From NCBI GenBank assembly GCA_038496445.1, contig JALMLS010000234.1:13797-77796 (forward strand): 64,000 nucleotides of DNA. Reading direction: 5' to 3'. Made by a program: the position numbers and the translations under genes. Within the stretch, counting starts at the first letter, position 1; each line of letters starts with the position of its first letter. The stretch is from Trichosphaerium sp. ATCC 40318 (lineage: Eukaryota; Protista; Tubulinea). A model generated the notes under the pieces. That model had not been told where the DNA came from and did not search any database. It saw nothing but the letters and a program-made list of their open reading frames with translations. Positions 36,632 to 47,965 of this stretch are shown piece by piece.

Positions 36632-37478
36632 CTAAACGCGCTTGACACCTACAGGCGTATTCAATGCGCTATTTGGTCTGCTAAGACGAGGTGTTGAGTT
36701 TCTTGATAATAAATCAGCACTTGGAGGTGTCATAGGTCTGCGTGGTGATGTTGGTTGTGACAATCTTCCTGAAATCTTTTTTTTCAGTTTTGAAATCCTT
36801 GATCTTTTGTTTCTGCTTGCGACAAGTTTCTGCATAAGCTGTAAGAATGAAAGTGTTAGTAATAGTTTTATGTGTTTTTAAGTATTGTCTTACGTTAATA
36901 TCGAGTTGTACAAGTACATCTAGTAGAACAGGAGCGTTTGAAATGACAAATTCTCGAAAAGCGAGGTGAACACTTTTTTTGGAAAAATCATTAGGAAAGT
37001 GCTCCGCCCATACTGCGAATAAGTTGCACACTCTGAGGGTTGTTTTTATGGTGTTTGAAATATTGTTGCTATAAAAAAGTCAGATAAAATATCTAGCAGT
37101 CGCTTTGATTCTAAATATAAACGAATACACGCGAGTTGAAACGGCACACCGTTTCGTTTCGAAAAGACAAAAATAGAAGTCGAAAACAAGTAATTTCTTT
37201 TTTTGCAAGTTTTTTTCTTTCTTTGCTTTGTTTTACCTTGTTGTTGTTTCATTGCTTGTGGTGTTGTTTTGTTGCATTTTCTCTTGGGTTTGCTGTTGAT
37301 TATAAACTGCAATAAGGGTATGTAGCTTCCTCTTTGGAGTTATGATAGAGCTAGATAGAAGGGTGTACGCTGAACCAAAATCTAAAATGAGAAAAGTAAG
37401 AAAAAAAAGGATTTGTTTTACAAAAAGAAGTACGAACCGAATTCTGAGTACGCTAGTTGCACAATTTGTTCTTCCCAT
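36632..37478 (-). CDS. Small protein with RasGEF N-terminal (REM)-like domain only
   Basis: FGSAYTLLSSSIITPKRKLHTLIAVY...LRVCNLFAVWAEHFPNDF resembles REM; Ser/Pro-rich tail; no CDC25 domain seen. Confidence 0.55.
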
Positions 37479-38069
37479 TCTTTATAGTTTTTTTCTAAGT
37501 GTTTACGTCCAGGTGAAGTTGTTTTAGAAGGCATTGCTATCTATGTAAAGATGTCACAGATATAAACATACGCGTACTCTTTTTGACTTTTTTTTTTACA
37601 ATATCAAAAAAACTAATTTGTCCGATTCTTCTTAGTTGTTTTTACTCTTCAATCCGCCAACAGTGTTGTGGTACTTGCTATAAGAACATAGTACAGTCGT
37701 AACCGCTAGTTACGACGTTGAATTACCCAAACGGAAGAGGAGCCCGAAACATCTTATTTAGAACGTTTCGTTTGTTTTAGGTAGCACAACAAAATAAGTA
37801 ATATTACGTAATGGCAATAGTTTGTGCAGTAATTACTGCGTAAAGTAAAAACAGAGCAAAAAAGGCAAGTTTCAAAAAAAGAAACTCAGACCTCTTTTTT
37901 GCCTTTACTGCTACTCAAGATCCTCTTTTTTGGCTTTACCCTAATCAACAAAAAGGCCCAAGACTATGGTTTAAGTAACAAGAACGTTACAGTAAGCTAT
38001 CAGAACACACAACTTATTTTTATTTACAAAGGTTTTTTGAATTCTCATTCATTGCTCAGTTTTTTTTTT

Positions 38070-39501
38070 TTACATTTCGTCATCGGATGGTGCATCTTCT
38101 TGTGCAACAACATAAAAGTCTACAAAACTCAACTCTCCTACACAGGCGGGAAAAGTCAGTGATGACCAAAATGGTAAAAATAGAATAAATCAAAAAAAGT
38201 AGTGATTTGTTTGTTGTTTTGGTATAGCCGCTTTAGTTACTTACCGTCTTCTGTTGGTATCATATGCTGTATGTTAAGTAACCCACGAGCATTTAGGCGT
38301 ATCATCGTTTTCTTAGCACTACCAAGTGCTTTTAGGCAAGGTTGTAATAGTTTTAACCGATATCTAAATATGGTCATTAAATCAAAAAAGGCCGGAAAAA
38401 CCGAATGTGTCGTACTCAAAAAGCATATCTTGTGTGCATTCAAAAGACTCAAAAGGTTCAGAATCCTTGTTATAATCAACAGCAAGGCTACCAGTAGCAC
38501 TTACAGTCTTAAGCTGAAAATGAGGGTCCGTTCGTGCAATACGCAAAGAAGCAACGCTATTTGACCAATCTAGCTCTCCAAATGCGTCTCTAAGGGCGTC
38601 ACTCTACATTAAAGTCAACCAAAGCGCGTAAAACACAATTTCAATAAAGAAACACTACCAGCCTCAAAAAACTAATAAAAACCTCTCCATTACCTTACCT
38701 TCATTATAACTTTGGCTGTCTGTGGTGCTGATCGTAGATTAAATACAGGAGAAGCGAGTGAAGGCTCTTCTGTATGTATTGTGCAATCAGTCAGTACGTC
38801 ATTTTCCTCAAGCCTAAATCTAAACGTAAGAAAAAACTGTCTCAGTTCTTGTTGGTTTTCTTCACGTGCAATACAAGTAGTGGATTTCCGTGACCTTTGT
38901 ATCCCATTTGAAGTGCTGGGAAGCTTGATGGAGAGTTACCATAGATATCAAGGCAGCTTAGAAGTGCTAAAAGCAAAATTAATCAAAAATCCTTAGTATG
39001 CTTCTTTTATGTCTTTTTTGGCGTAGCAAAGGTGTTTTACGCACCATGAAGGCTAACTGCAAAGTCTACATTGTCACTTTGGCTGTTAAAGTTGTATTCT
39101 TGAAACAGAGTATGCGATAGCATTGTACTGCCCTATGAACGCGTTTAGATAAATGAGCGGTTTATTTTTTGAATATTTGTTTTTTAGTGGAAAGGCAACA
39201 ATTTATGCGTATGATTCTTTGGGCGTACTTGCATGGCTTGTTTCTTTTCTACGCTACATTTTATACCAGCAGCCGAAACATTAAACGTTACGCTCTACAA
39301 ACGCGTTAGTACTTGTATCAAGAGCTCCAGGAATAAACATACGCAGTTTGGGTCATACTGTAACGTTTTAAGTAAACCAGAAAGTGTACGCGCGTTCTCC
39401 ATCTTCACAAGCAAAGTAAACTTCACAGGGCCTGCGTCTTGCGTTGGTTTGGCTGTGATTGATTGGGAAAGGTTTTGCGATATTGAACCGGCTGTGTACA
39501 T
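38070..39501 (-). CDS. RAD1: RAD1, 9-1-1 checkpoint clamp subunit
   Basis: ENARTLSGLLKTL, GIKCSVE...MQG, LFQEY, LLSCLDIYG, KVIMKSDALRDAFGELD, YRLKLLQPCLKAL...IRLNARGLLNIQHMI and FVDFY. Confidence 0.92.
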
Positions 39502-39624
39502 GGTGTTACGCTTGTGTTTGTATTAGATCGAAATTTCTGTGCTGATAGAAAACCCACGACAATTTGTTACTTCTGAGAAAAACGCCATCAATAAGCGCGA
39601 AGTATGTCATTTTTGCGTTGAGAC

Positions 39625-42600
39625 ATGTCAAAGAACAGCTCAAGCACCGTAAAAAGTACCCCGCCCAAAAGGAAGAAAACGTTGGGTGTAAGGAGGAGAA
39701 TTGGTACTACTGGAGGATGGAATAAGCGTGTAGCGACACCAAAAGCGGAATTTGATGATGATTGGCAAAGTAGCCGCAATATACCCAAAAAAGTGCCTGA
39801 GGCGTTCAATATACAATTATCAGAGGTGAGTAAGCGTTATTGGCACTTTTTTAAATTAATCAGGAACAACGTGCTGTTTCCAAAGCTATTCATCGCGGAA
39901 AAAGCATATTCTTTACTGGCAGCGCTGGTACAGGTAAATCGGTACGAATTAGTTGATACAAACCAATTTCAGTTACTTTGATGCCTACGACGATAATATT
40001 GCTGCATTTCGCGTTATAATTATTAACGGTCCCACTAGACGTTGCTTCGATACATCATTAGAACATTACCGGACGACACAACCTACGTAACGGCTGCAAC
40101 AGGTGTTGCTGCAGTAACTATTGGTGGCATGTACGTCAAAAGGAAAAAAACTTGCACGGCTGACACTTTGACATTCAGGACGATTCACTCGTTTGCTGGT
40201 ATTGGTTTGGGTAGAGAAAATAAACTAGCACTTGCTGAGAAAGCACTAAAGTCGCGGGCAAAGCAGTACTGGCAGAAATGTAAAGGTACAATGAAGAGTT
40301 AATTAATCACGTTTCTTTTGTTTTTATTTTATTCTCAATTAACATGTTGTCCTTAGTGCTCATTATAGATGAAATATCCATGATTGATGCGGATCTAATG
40401 GATAAACTTGATTATGTTGCTAAGTATATACGACAAAAGAAAGAACCATTCGGAGGTACACACGTTTTCTTGTAGAGTTTTTGTTTTGAACTGTTTTTTT
40501 ACTTGGTTTGTAGGCATTCAGCTTGTATGTTGTGGTGATTTTTTCCAGTTACCGCCTATCAATAGATCAGGTCCTAATGGTGAAGTAATGTTTGCTTTTG
40601 AGTCAAAGGCGTGGAATGAAACAATACAGGAATCGTTTGAGTTGACACAAGTTTACAGACAAGTAAACAACAAAAAAAAAAAGTGCAATCATTGCCTAAC
40701 GTTGTTGTAGAAAGGAGACAATGACTTCATTAAGATGCTGAATCAAATACGTCATGGTCAGTGTAAATCATCAACCAAACAGATGCTTGAAGAATGCTTG
40801 TACAGAAAACTAGATGAATCAAATGGCGTTCAACCTACACATCTTTTCGCTTTAAACAAAGATGTTGGTACGAAGAAAAAATGAACTTTTTATTCATCTA
40901 GGTTGTACTAATGTTACTTCTTTTAAAGATAGAGAAAACTCTAGTAGGCTTACAGAGTTAACAGGACAGACAGTATTGTACAAAGCAAAAGACAGGTACT
41001 ACCAAGTGAATAAATGCAGTTTTGTTTAAACTTCAATAGAGGTGCAGAACCTTATATAAGTCAAATGAAACGGCACTGCCAAGCTCCTGAAGAATTACTA
41101 CTTAAAGTTGGAGCCCAAGTCATGTTGCTCAAGGTACGTTGATTACAAGAGAGTTTTAACATTCTTATACGATCATTAGAACACAGATGTTAAGAGAGGT
41201 TTGTGTAGTGGAGCAAGAGGTGTTGTGATTAGTTTTGACAAGACAAAAAAGCGTCAATACCCTATTGTTAGAGCACGTGTCTTTTTTAGTATTTAATGAT
41301 GATTAATTAACTATGTATTATTAATATTGGTGTTTAGTTCGCTAATGGAATAGTTGAGACTGTTGAACTGACTAAGTGGGAAGTTAATGTCGCTGGGAGA
41401 GATGTGGCTGTACGATTTGAGTTCTTTTGTTTTAGTTGTGTCCACAGGAGCTTATTTAGTATTAGACACGTCATCAATTACCTTTGAGGCTCGCATGGGC
41501 ATTGACAATACATAAATGTCAAGGTCAAACTATTGAACATGCAGAGATGAAGCTTGATAATGTCTTTGAATAGTATGTTCATCTTTTTAGCATTCTGTCT
41601 GTTACTAACTATTTCATTGTGCAGTGGTCAAGCATATGTAGCACTATCACGTGTATCTTCGTTGAAAGGATTACGATTACTTTCTTTTGACTCAAGGATA
41701 ATTCGTGCGCACCCTAAAGTACTCATGTTCTACAAGGTACAGCATCAAAAGAACATTTTGTTCAACTCTTTATTTTTAATGTCTATTCTCACTTTATTCT
41801 CCTTCAGCGCTTTGATAATTACAAAAAACCACTTCAAAAAAATAAGCCGTACGTCTCGTGAATTCGTTGCTAAATAACGTGCTAACTTTGAGCTTAATTT
41901 AGTACGAAAACATTTGTAAAAAAAGCACCAGCCAAGAAAAAACCCACTAAGAAAACACCACCAAAACCTGCATCTTCAACAGTACGTCTAGATAATCCAC
42001 TCCCATAGCTAGGTATTTTCGTTTCTGATATATTGCAAAGCCCTCAGGTGGAATGTTTGGACGTGGTGGCTTCAAATTCTCGCTACCAACAACAAGAACA
42101 CAACCTGTAATTTCACCAGACGAAGATGAAGATAAAGAAGAAGAGACTGAAGATAAACACATGAACGATGCGGTTACAGCAACACTTATACCTGTTGATA
42201 CACCAGAAGAATCGGTATGTTTATTATGCTAAGATATATGCACACTGAAACAAATACAATAGGACGAAGAAGAATCTAGTGAAGATGAAGAAAAAAAATC
42301 AATTGATATTTTCAAGTTGGATGCAAAGCGAAGTGCTTTGCGTACTGGATTTAATTCATATGCTAATAGGTGAGTATTATTCACAGTTAAAAAACCCAAG
42401 TAATAATTTATTTGTTAGGCAACGTCCACCACTCAAAGGAAAGAAACCGCTGCCTGTTGGTAAACCGAATTGTCTTACTGGTAAAGCATTTGTTGTTACT
42501 GGTGTTTTGGAGTCCCTTGAACGAGAAGAGGCTGAAGCACTTATCAAACAGTATGGAGGGTACGTCATAAAGAATTACGGGAAACGATTGATGATTGTGA

Positions 42601-43957
42601 TTGTATCTAACTGTTCCTCGTTAGTCTTGTTTTCAAATCAGTTGCTAAAAAGGTTACACATGCACTTGTTGGTGATCAATATGGAATATCTAAAATACGA
42701 ACAATTGTTGATAGATATATACCTATTATAAACGAGGATGGTTTATTTAAGATGATATCTACATTGGCTGAAGCCAAACCTGTAGAGAAGAAAAAAAAGA
42801 AACCAACAAGAAAAAGGTAAGACTCACTTTGTTAAGTTGAGGTATTAAGTCATTGTTTTAGGAAGTCTACGTCTCCTGTAAAACCAGCTGTGGAGTGGCC
42901 TATACGTAGGAAGACATCACCAAAGTCTTCTACAAGGCTGAAATTGGAGGATTTTGATAACCAACCGAGAGTAAAGAGACAAAAGACTGATGATATTGTT
43001 TCTATTGATTTGACTGATGACGATGATGTTATGACTGATATATCTGATTCTAGAAATCAAATGGATTCAAGAACAGAGTCTATTATTGCAAAACATATGG
43101 GTATAGATAAATCAAAGGATGGACATAGTATAGCACAAGAGATGAGTGAATGGTTTGATGATCCAGATGAACTTGAAGATATTCTCAACAAAACAGTTTT
43201 CCAACCTAAAAAAAAAACATCTACCTCTACACAACAAACACATAAAACAAACAAAGTTATCGATGATGACGATGACAAAGACACTGTTGATGATTTTTTC
43301 AGAAAATACAAGACAAAAAAAACAAACACAACAACACCATCGCCGAAGAAAGAAAAACCAGAATTTTTGAAGAAAAAAAAAGAAGACAAAAAAGATGGAT
43401 TCTCGAGTGCTAGGGTTACTAAAGATACCAGCGAAAAAAAGACGAGTATTTTGGATCTATTAGAATCTATATCAGATGACGACGATGATATTGATATTGA
43501 TGCATTACTTGCAAGTCCACCGAGAACACAAAACTCTAAGCCAACTAAAGAAGACGAGAAAAAAGACTCTACTAACATTACTGTTGATGCTTTATTGGTA
43601 GATGATGATAGTGATAGTGATAGTGAAGCTGAGTTTGCTAGAGTATTAGCAAAGTACAGAAAAGATAAAAAAGAAGCTACTGAAGAGAAAACAGAGAAAA
43701 AAGATGTTAAGTCTTTAAAAAAAGCTGCAAAAGAAGCAGATAAAAAAAGAGTACTACTAGGCACGTGATTTTCGCGGTTTTCCCTTTTTATTGCCTATGA
43801 CTAACTAGTTATGTTATCTATAGATGATATTGCAAGTGCGCCAGTGTTCTCAAAGAGGGAAGCAGTGATTAGTGCAACAAAGAAGAAAAAAAGAAAAAGT
43901 CTAATACCCGCTTCTAAAAAAGCTCTTTTTGATTCAGATGATTCTCTTGACTTTTAA
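39625..43957 (+). CDS. PIF1: PIF1 5'-3' DNA helicase, apparently fused to an RFC1-type BRCT domain and a long acidic/basic tail
   Basis: [64 protein letters not shown] and GQAYVALSR; reading frame continues through GT-AG introns into [32 protein letters not shown]...IINEDGLF. Confidence 0.85.
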
Positions 43958-44361
43958 AACTTGTATCATAAATAAAGAGGATTTACCAACTTGTAAACTG
44001 AATTGTTTATTGTGAGAGCCTCTTAAAACTTGACATCTTCAAATACACTGAAATCAGAAAGTAAAAATTACAAGGTTTATCATACAATGAGAAGTTAATG
44101 TGACACTTATTACTGTCTCTTCACATCTCAAGTTCGCCCTTCTTAGAGGCAGCGGGTGTCACCACAACAATCTCGAGTGCCAACAGCGACAACCTCAGAA
44201 CAAAATACCGATGCCTCTCAGTTTGGTGTAACCAGTCAAGAGCTGATACGGTATTAACAACCTCACATAAAATATATCTGCTATTTGTTTACCCAAAATG
44301 TTGAGTCAAATGATTTTCTATCCGTGCACAACTTAACCACTAAAGGGATACCGAAAACATC

Positions 44362-46226
44362 ATGTCGTACAAGCTCTTGTTGATTTGTTTTGTTTGGGTT
44401 TATCCTAGGGTACGATGATTTACGTTCTTGTCGATTTTTTCACCAACTATAGATACTGTGCTGAAAACGTTGTTATTGATACCTCTCGCGTCATTGCTGA
44501 CACTGGTACAAAGTTTATTGGTGCTGGGTGCGCAAGATTCAACTTATTCCAAAACCTTTTCAAAATCACGTGATTAATAATTTAGATGGGAAGTAGAGCG
44601 TGTTTTAGCTCAAGAAGAATTTTTGACAAATAAACAGTTTCAATATTTGACGCGTCAAATAAGCCCAGGCGTTCTTCGTGTTGGTGGTATATCAGCAGAT
44701 TTCGTCCGCTATGACTTGAAGAGTAGTATTGGGTAAGTTCTGGAGACTCACTTTGAGAAATCTCATGAGAAAACGTGGTTCTTTCTAATTTTTTTTACTA
44801 TCTAGTGCTGGCGATTTTCCTATTCCAATAAAGGATATGCCTGTTTCTGTTTTCAAAAAAATAGTTGATTTCGCTGAAGCTGCTAATCTTGATTTCTTGT
44901 TCGACTTGAACGAGTTATATGGTCGTAATTGTACAACTTCAACTTGTACTGGACCTTGGGATACAAGTAATCTAGAGTCCTTTTTAAATTACCTAAAAGA
45001 AAATAACATTGGACCTATTCATGGGTTTGAACTCGGCAATGAGTTGACCCGTAAGCCTCATATATCTATTGAACAGAATATCCAAGATTACAACAGGCTA
45101 AATAAGATATTCACGGCTATTTGGCCGAACAACAAACCTCTTATTTTTGGACCGAGCACAAATTACTGTGACGAAGATGTTCAAAAGTTTATGTCAGGAA
45201 CGAAGTCTTTTTTGAGTGGTTTTACGTATCATACGTACCCTGCTGGTGATGGAACTACTCTTGCACAAGATTTAGTAAGCGCTAATTGGCTAAGAAATAA
45301 TATTTTAAAGCAAGACAAACAAGCTAATAGCAGTGGTTGTGTTAGCATTTGGAAACAAATAGGTACAAGGTGTTTTTTTTTGGTTCCACTTTAAAAAATC
45401 TCGTCCTGTTATTCCTCGGCTCTTATTTATACTCTAAGGACAAGCGAATGATATTAAACTATGGATAACTGAAACAAATTCTGCTTATAAAGATGCTGGC
45501 GGGGTACAATCTTAAAAAAAGACCAACCATCTCTTTGATTTTTCATCTTAATTTTGCATTTAGTTTACTGGCATGTTCCAAAACGGATTTTGGTATATTG
45601 CTTCCCTTGGGCAATATGCAAGCTCAGGTGTTACACTACACGCAAGATGGGCGCTTACAAACCATGATACATTGGGTCTCATAAACCTTAGAACAACACC
45701 TATATCAGGTACAACAAAACGAAAATTTTAAAAAAAAACACAAATTAAGTTAACGCTATTTAAGTTGCTCCTGACTACTGGCCTGCCGTATTATACAAGC
45801 GAGTCATGGGTACCAAGGTATTGGGAACTACTACAGGTAATCACTGCTTTGTTAGAGCTATCAAACCTCTAAAGACCTTCTTTAGATAGCAACGGACAAG
45901 TGTTGGCTTATGCTCATTGTGCAAGTTCTTCTCAGTCTCAAGGCGCTGTTGTTGTCATGTACGCAAACCCAGGACCTCTAATAATTACTTTGAATATATC
46001 TGGATTCAACGCAATGTTCCCAAGAAATGAGTACATCTTTACGGCAGACACATTGCAATCCACTGTTTCTAAGTTAAATGGACAAAAACTTCTACTTGGA
46101 TCTGATGGTACTTTACCTCCAATGCAGGCGAAGGTGGTTACATCTGGAGACTTTGTTGTACCTCCTAGATCATATGGGTTTGCTGTTTTCCCTTCAGCGG
46201 GTGTTGCTGCATGTGCTGGCAAGTAA
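44362..46226 (+). CDS. Secreted GH79 heparanase/beta-glucuronidase-like enzyme
   Basis: Signal peptide, SPGVLRVGGISAD, FLFDLN, FELGNE (acid/base), LWITETNS (nucleophile), PDYW and LAYAHC. Confidence 0.88.
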
Positions 46227-46707
46227 GAAGCGATATTACAATAAAAATTCAGCATTTCTTCAACCTTACATTAGAATCTACAGTTACTGAAATGAGGTTT
46301 TATTCTAATGGATGTTGTTAAGTATCTAACAATTAAATTAAGGATGCAATCCTATTCCGAGACGGATAGATCCTAATCCTAAGCGAACTGTGGTAAGATC
46401 GCGTAAAACTAACCCAAACACAAGAAAGAAAAGAAAAACCAGTACTGCACAAAAATGACTTTTCTGAATATTTGGTTTTTAAGGAGAATCCTCCCGTGTA
46501 CTGCCTGCAACCTTACTACGTTCACAAAAGCTACACAGTACCCTGAGTATGTGATTTAATAATAACATAATCATTACAAGGCTTACCTGTTGTTTTTTTT
46601 GACAACTAAAAGTACAATTTTTATTTCAACATCTTTTTTTTTTCATAGCACATGTTTCTCGCAACTTTCTGAAGTTTGGACAGTATGAATGTATACTTGA
46701 CTAGGTA

Positions 46708-47385
46708 CTAATCGTTGCCAAGGGAATAATTGTTTGTACCCGCACTGGTCAGCATTACTGGAGGCTCGCATTCTATACACGCTATCCCAATACCAGACAA
46801 GAGATAGGGTTCAGCGCCCTTCTTTATTATTCTCTGGCATCCAATGCATCTCTCTGGTGTGAAACTTGGTGGATTGGGTAGTTTTTCAAAATTATAATCG
46901 TTTGTGGCGTAATACGCTACAATCTCTGGGTCGTCATTCATGTTTCGGCACTTTGTGCAATTCGTGAATTTGTTCGGGTGACGTTTGAAATGATGGTATG
47001 CGCACATTGAGTACCGCTCATGGTTGATGTAGCAGCTGTCTCTTTTATAAAAGGTTGTTTGAGACATTTGATAACTATCATCACAAATCCATTCGCTACA
47101 ACAAGCCGTACGCGTTAAACGGTTCGTTTTGCCACATAGGCCACACTGCTTAGTGTTAAAACAGGTTTAACCATATTCAACTTAAAAACGTACGCAAGGC
47201 GCTGGTTTGGATCTAGCATTGCCATGTTTTGCCTGTAAACCACAAGACAACTTGTGTGTGTTCCAATGAATCTTTTGACAATTTCTACTACAATACCGCA
47301 CTTTACGGCAACCGCTACAGCGTGCAAGCTTTTTTGTTCCAGCATGTTGGCAATTGGCGCATTCTTGGCGGGGCGGTTCGGCCAT
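46708..47385 (-). CDS. MYND zinc finger fused to an uncharacterised Cys/His-rich domain
   Basis: CANC...CSGCRKVRYCSRNCQKIHWNTHKLSC, then after one intron CGLCGKT..LTRTACCSEWICDD...SCYINHERYSMCAYHH...YYATNDYNFEKL.NPP...CIGC...CIEC. Confidence 0.8.
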
Positions 47386-47965
47386 TTGTAGAACAAAGCG
47401 TGGGTAAAGTTGTACGCAATGAGTTTGTTAAATTGCTTTGTGTGTGAAAGCAAAACTGAAATTTTTTCATCAGTCTGAGGTGTTCTGCGACCAGACCTGT
47501 TCGAAGTGACTATACCATCCAAACAGTTTCCACTATGATTTACAAGCCTACGTTGAGCCTACACCTAGTGTAGGCAGTTTTGACTTATTGAGGCGGTTAA
47601 AATGCTCACACGTGCGCATAAATGCATGACACGCATTTTATACAGCTGATACAGGCTGTAGTACCAACTTGGCGACTTGACGTCGATTCCTTTTCCTGCG
47701 CTAAAAACGCGTATTTGCGAATGCTAGAAATCGTTCACTAGCGTAGTTGATGATTTCATTTCATGATCTAAAGGAAAAACGGGAGTGCAGAAAAAAAGTT
47801 AGCCAACTTACGACTTTACGATCCAACTCCTTTTTATGTCGTGCAACAAGGGAGGTGTTTGCGAGGTACTAGTACAAAAAACCGACTTTAGTTGAAAAAC
47901 GCATTCTTTTAGTAAATTCCGTGTAAACAGCGTAAAAGAGCACGCAATCCATCTATAACGATCAT

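Noticed and set aside
42279-42780. Calling this region an RFC1 gene
   Set aside because: Only the BRCT region is present; no AAA+ Walker motifs follow, and the frame joins PIF1 upstream.
43057-43764. 235-aa minus-strand ORF rich in Ser/Phe/Leu
   Set aside because: Antisense shadow of the Lys/Asp/Glu-rich exon on the plus strand.
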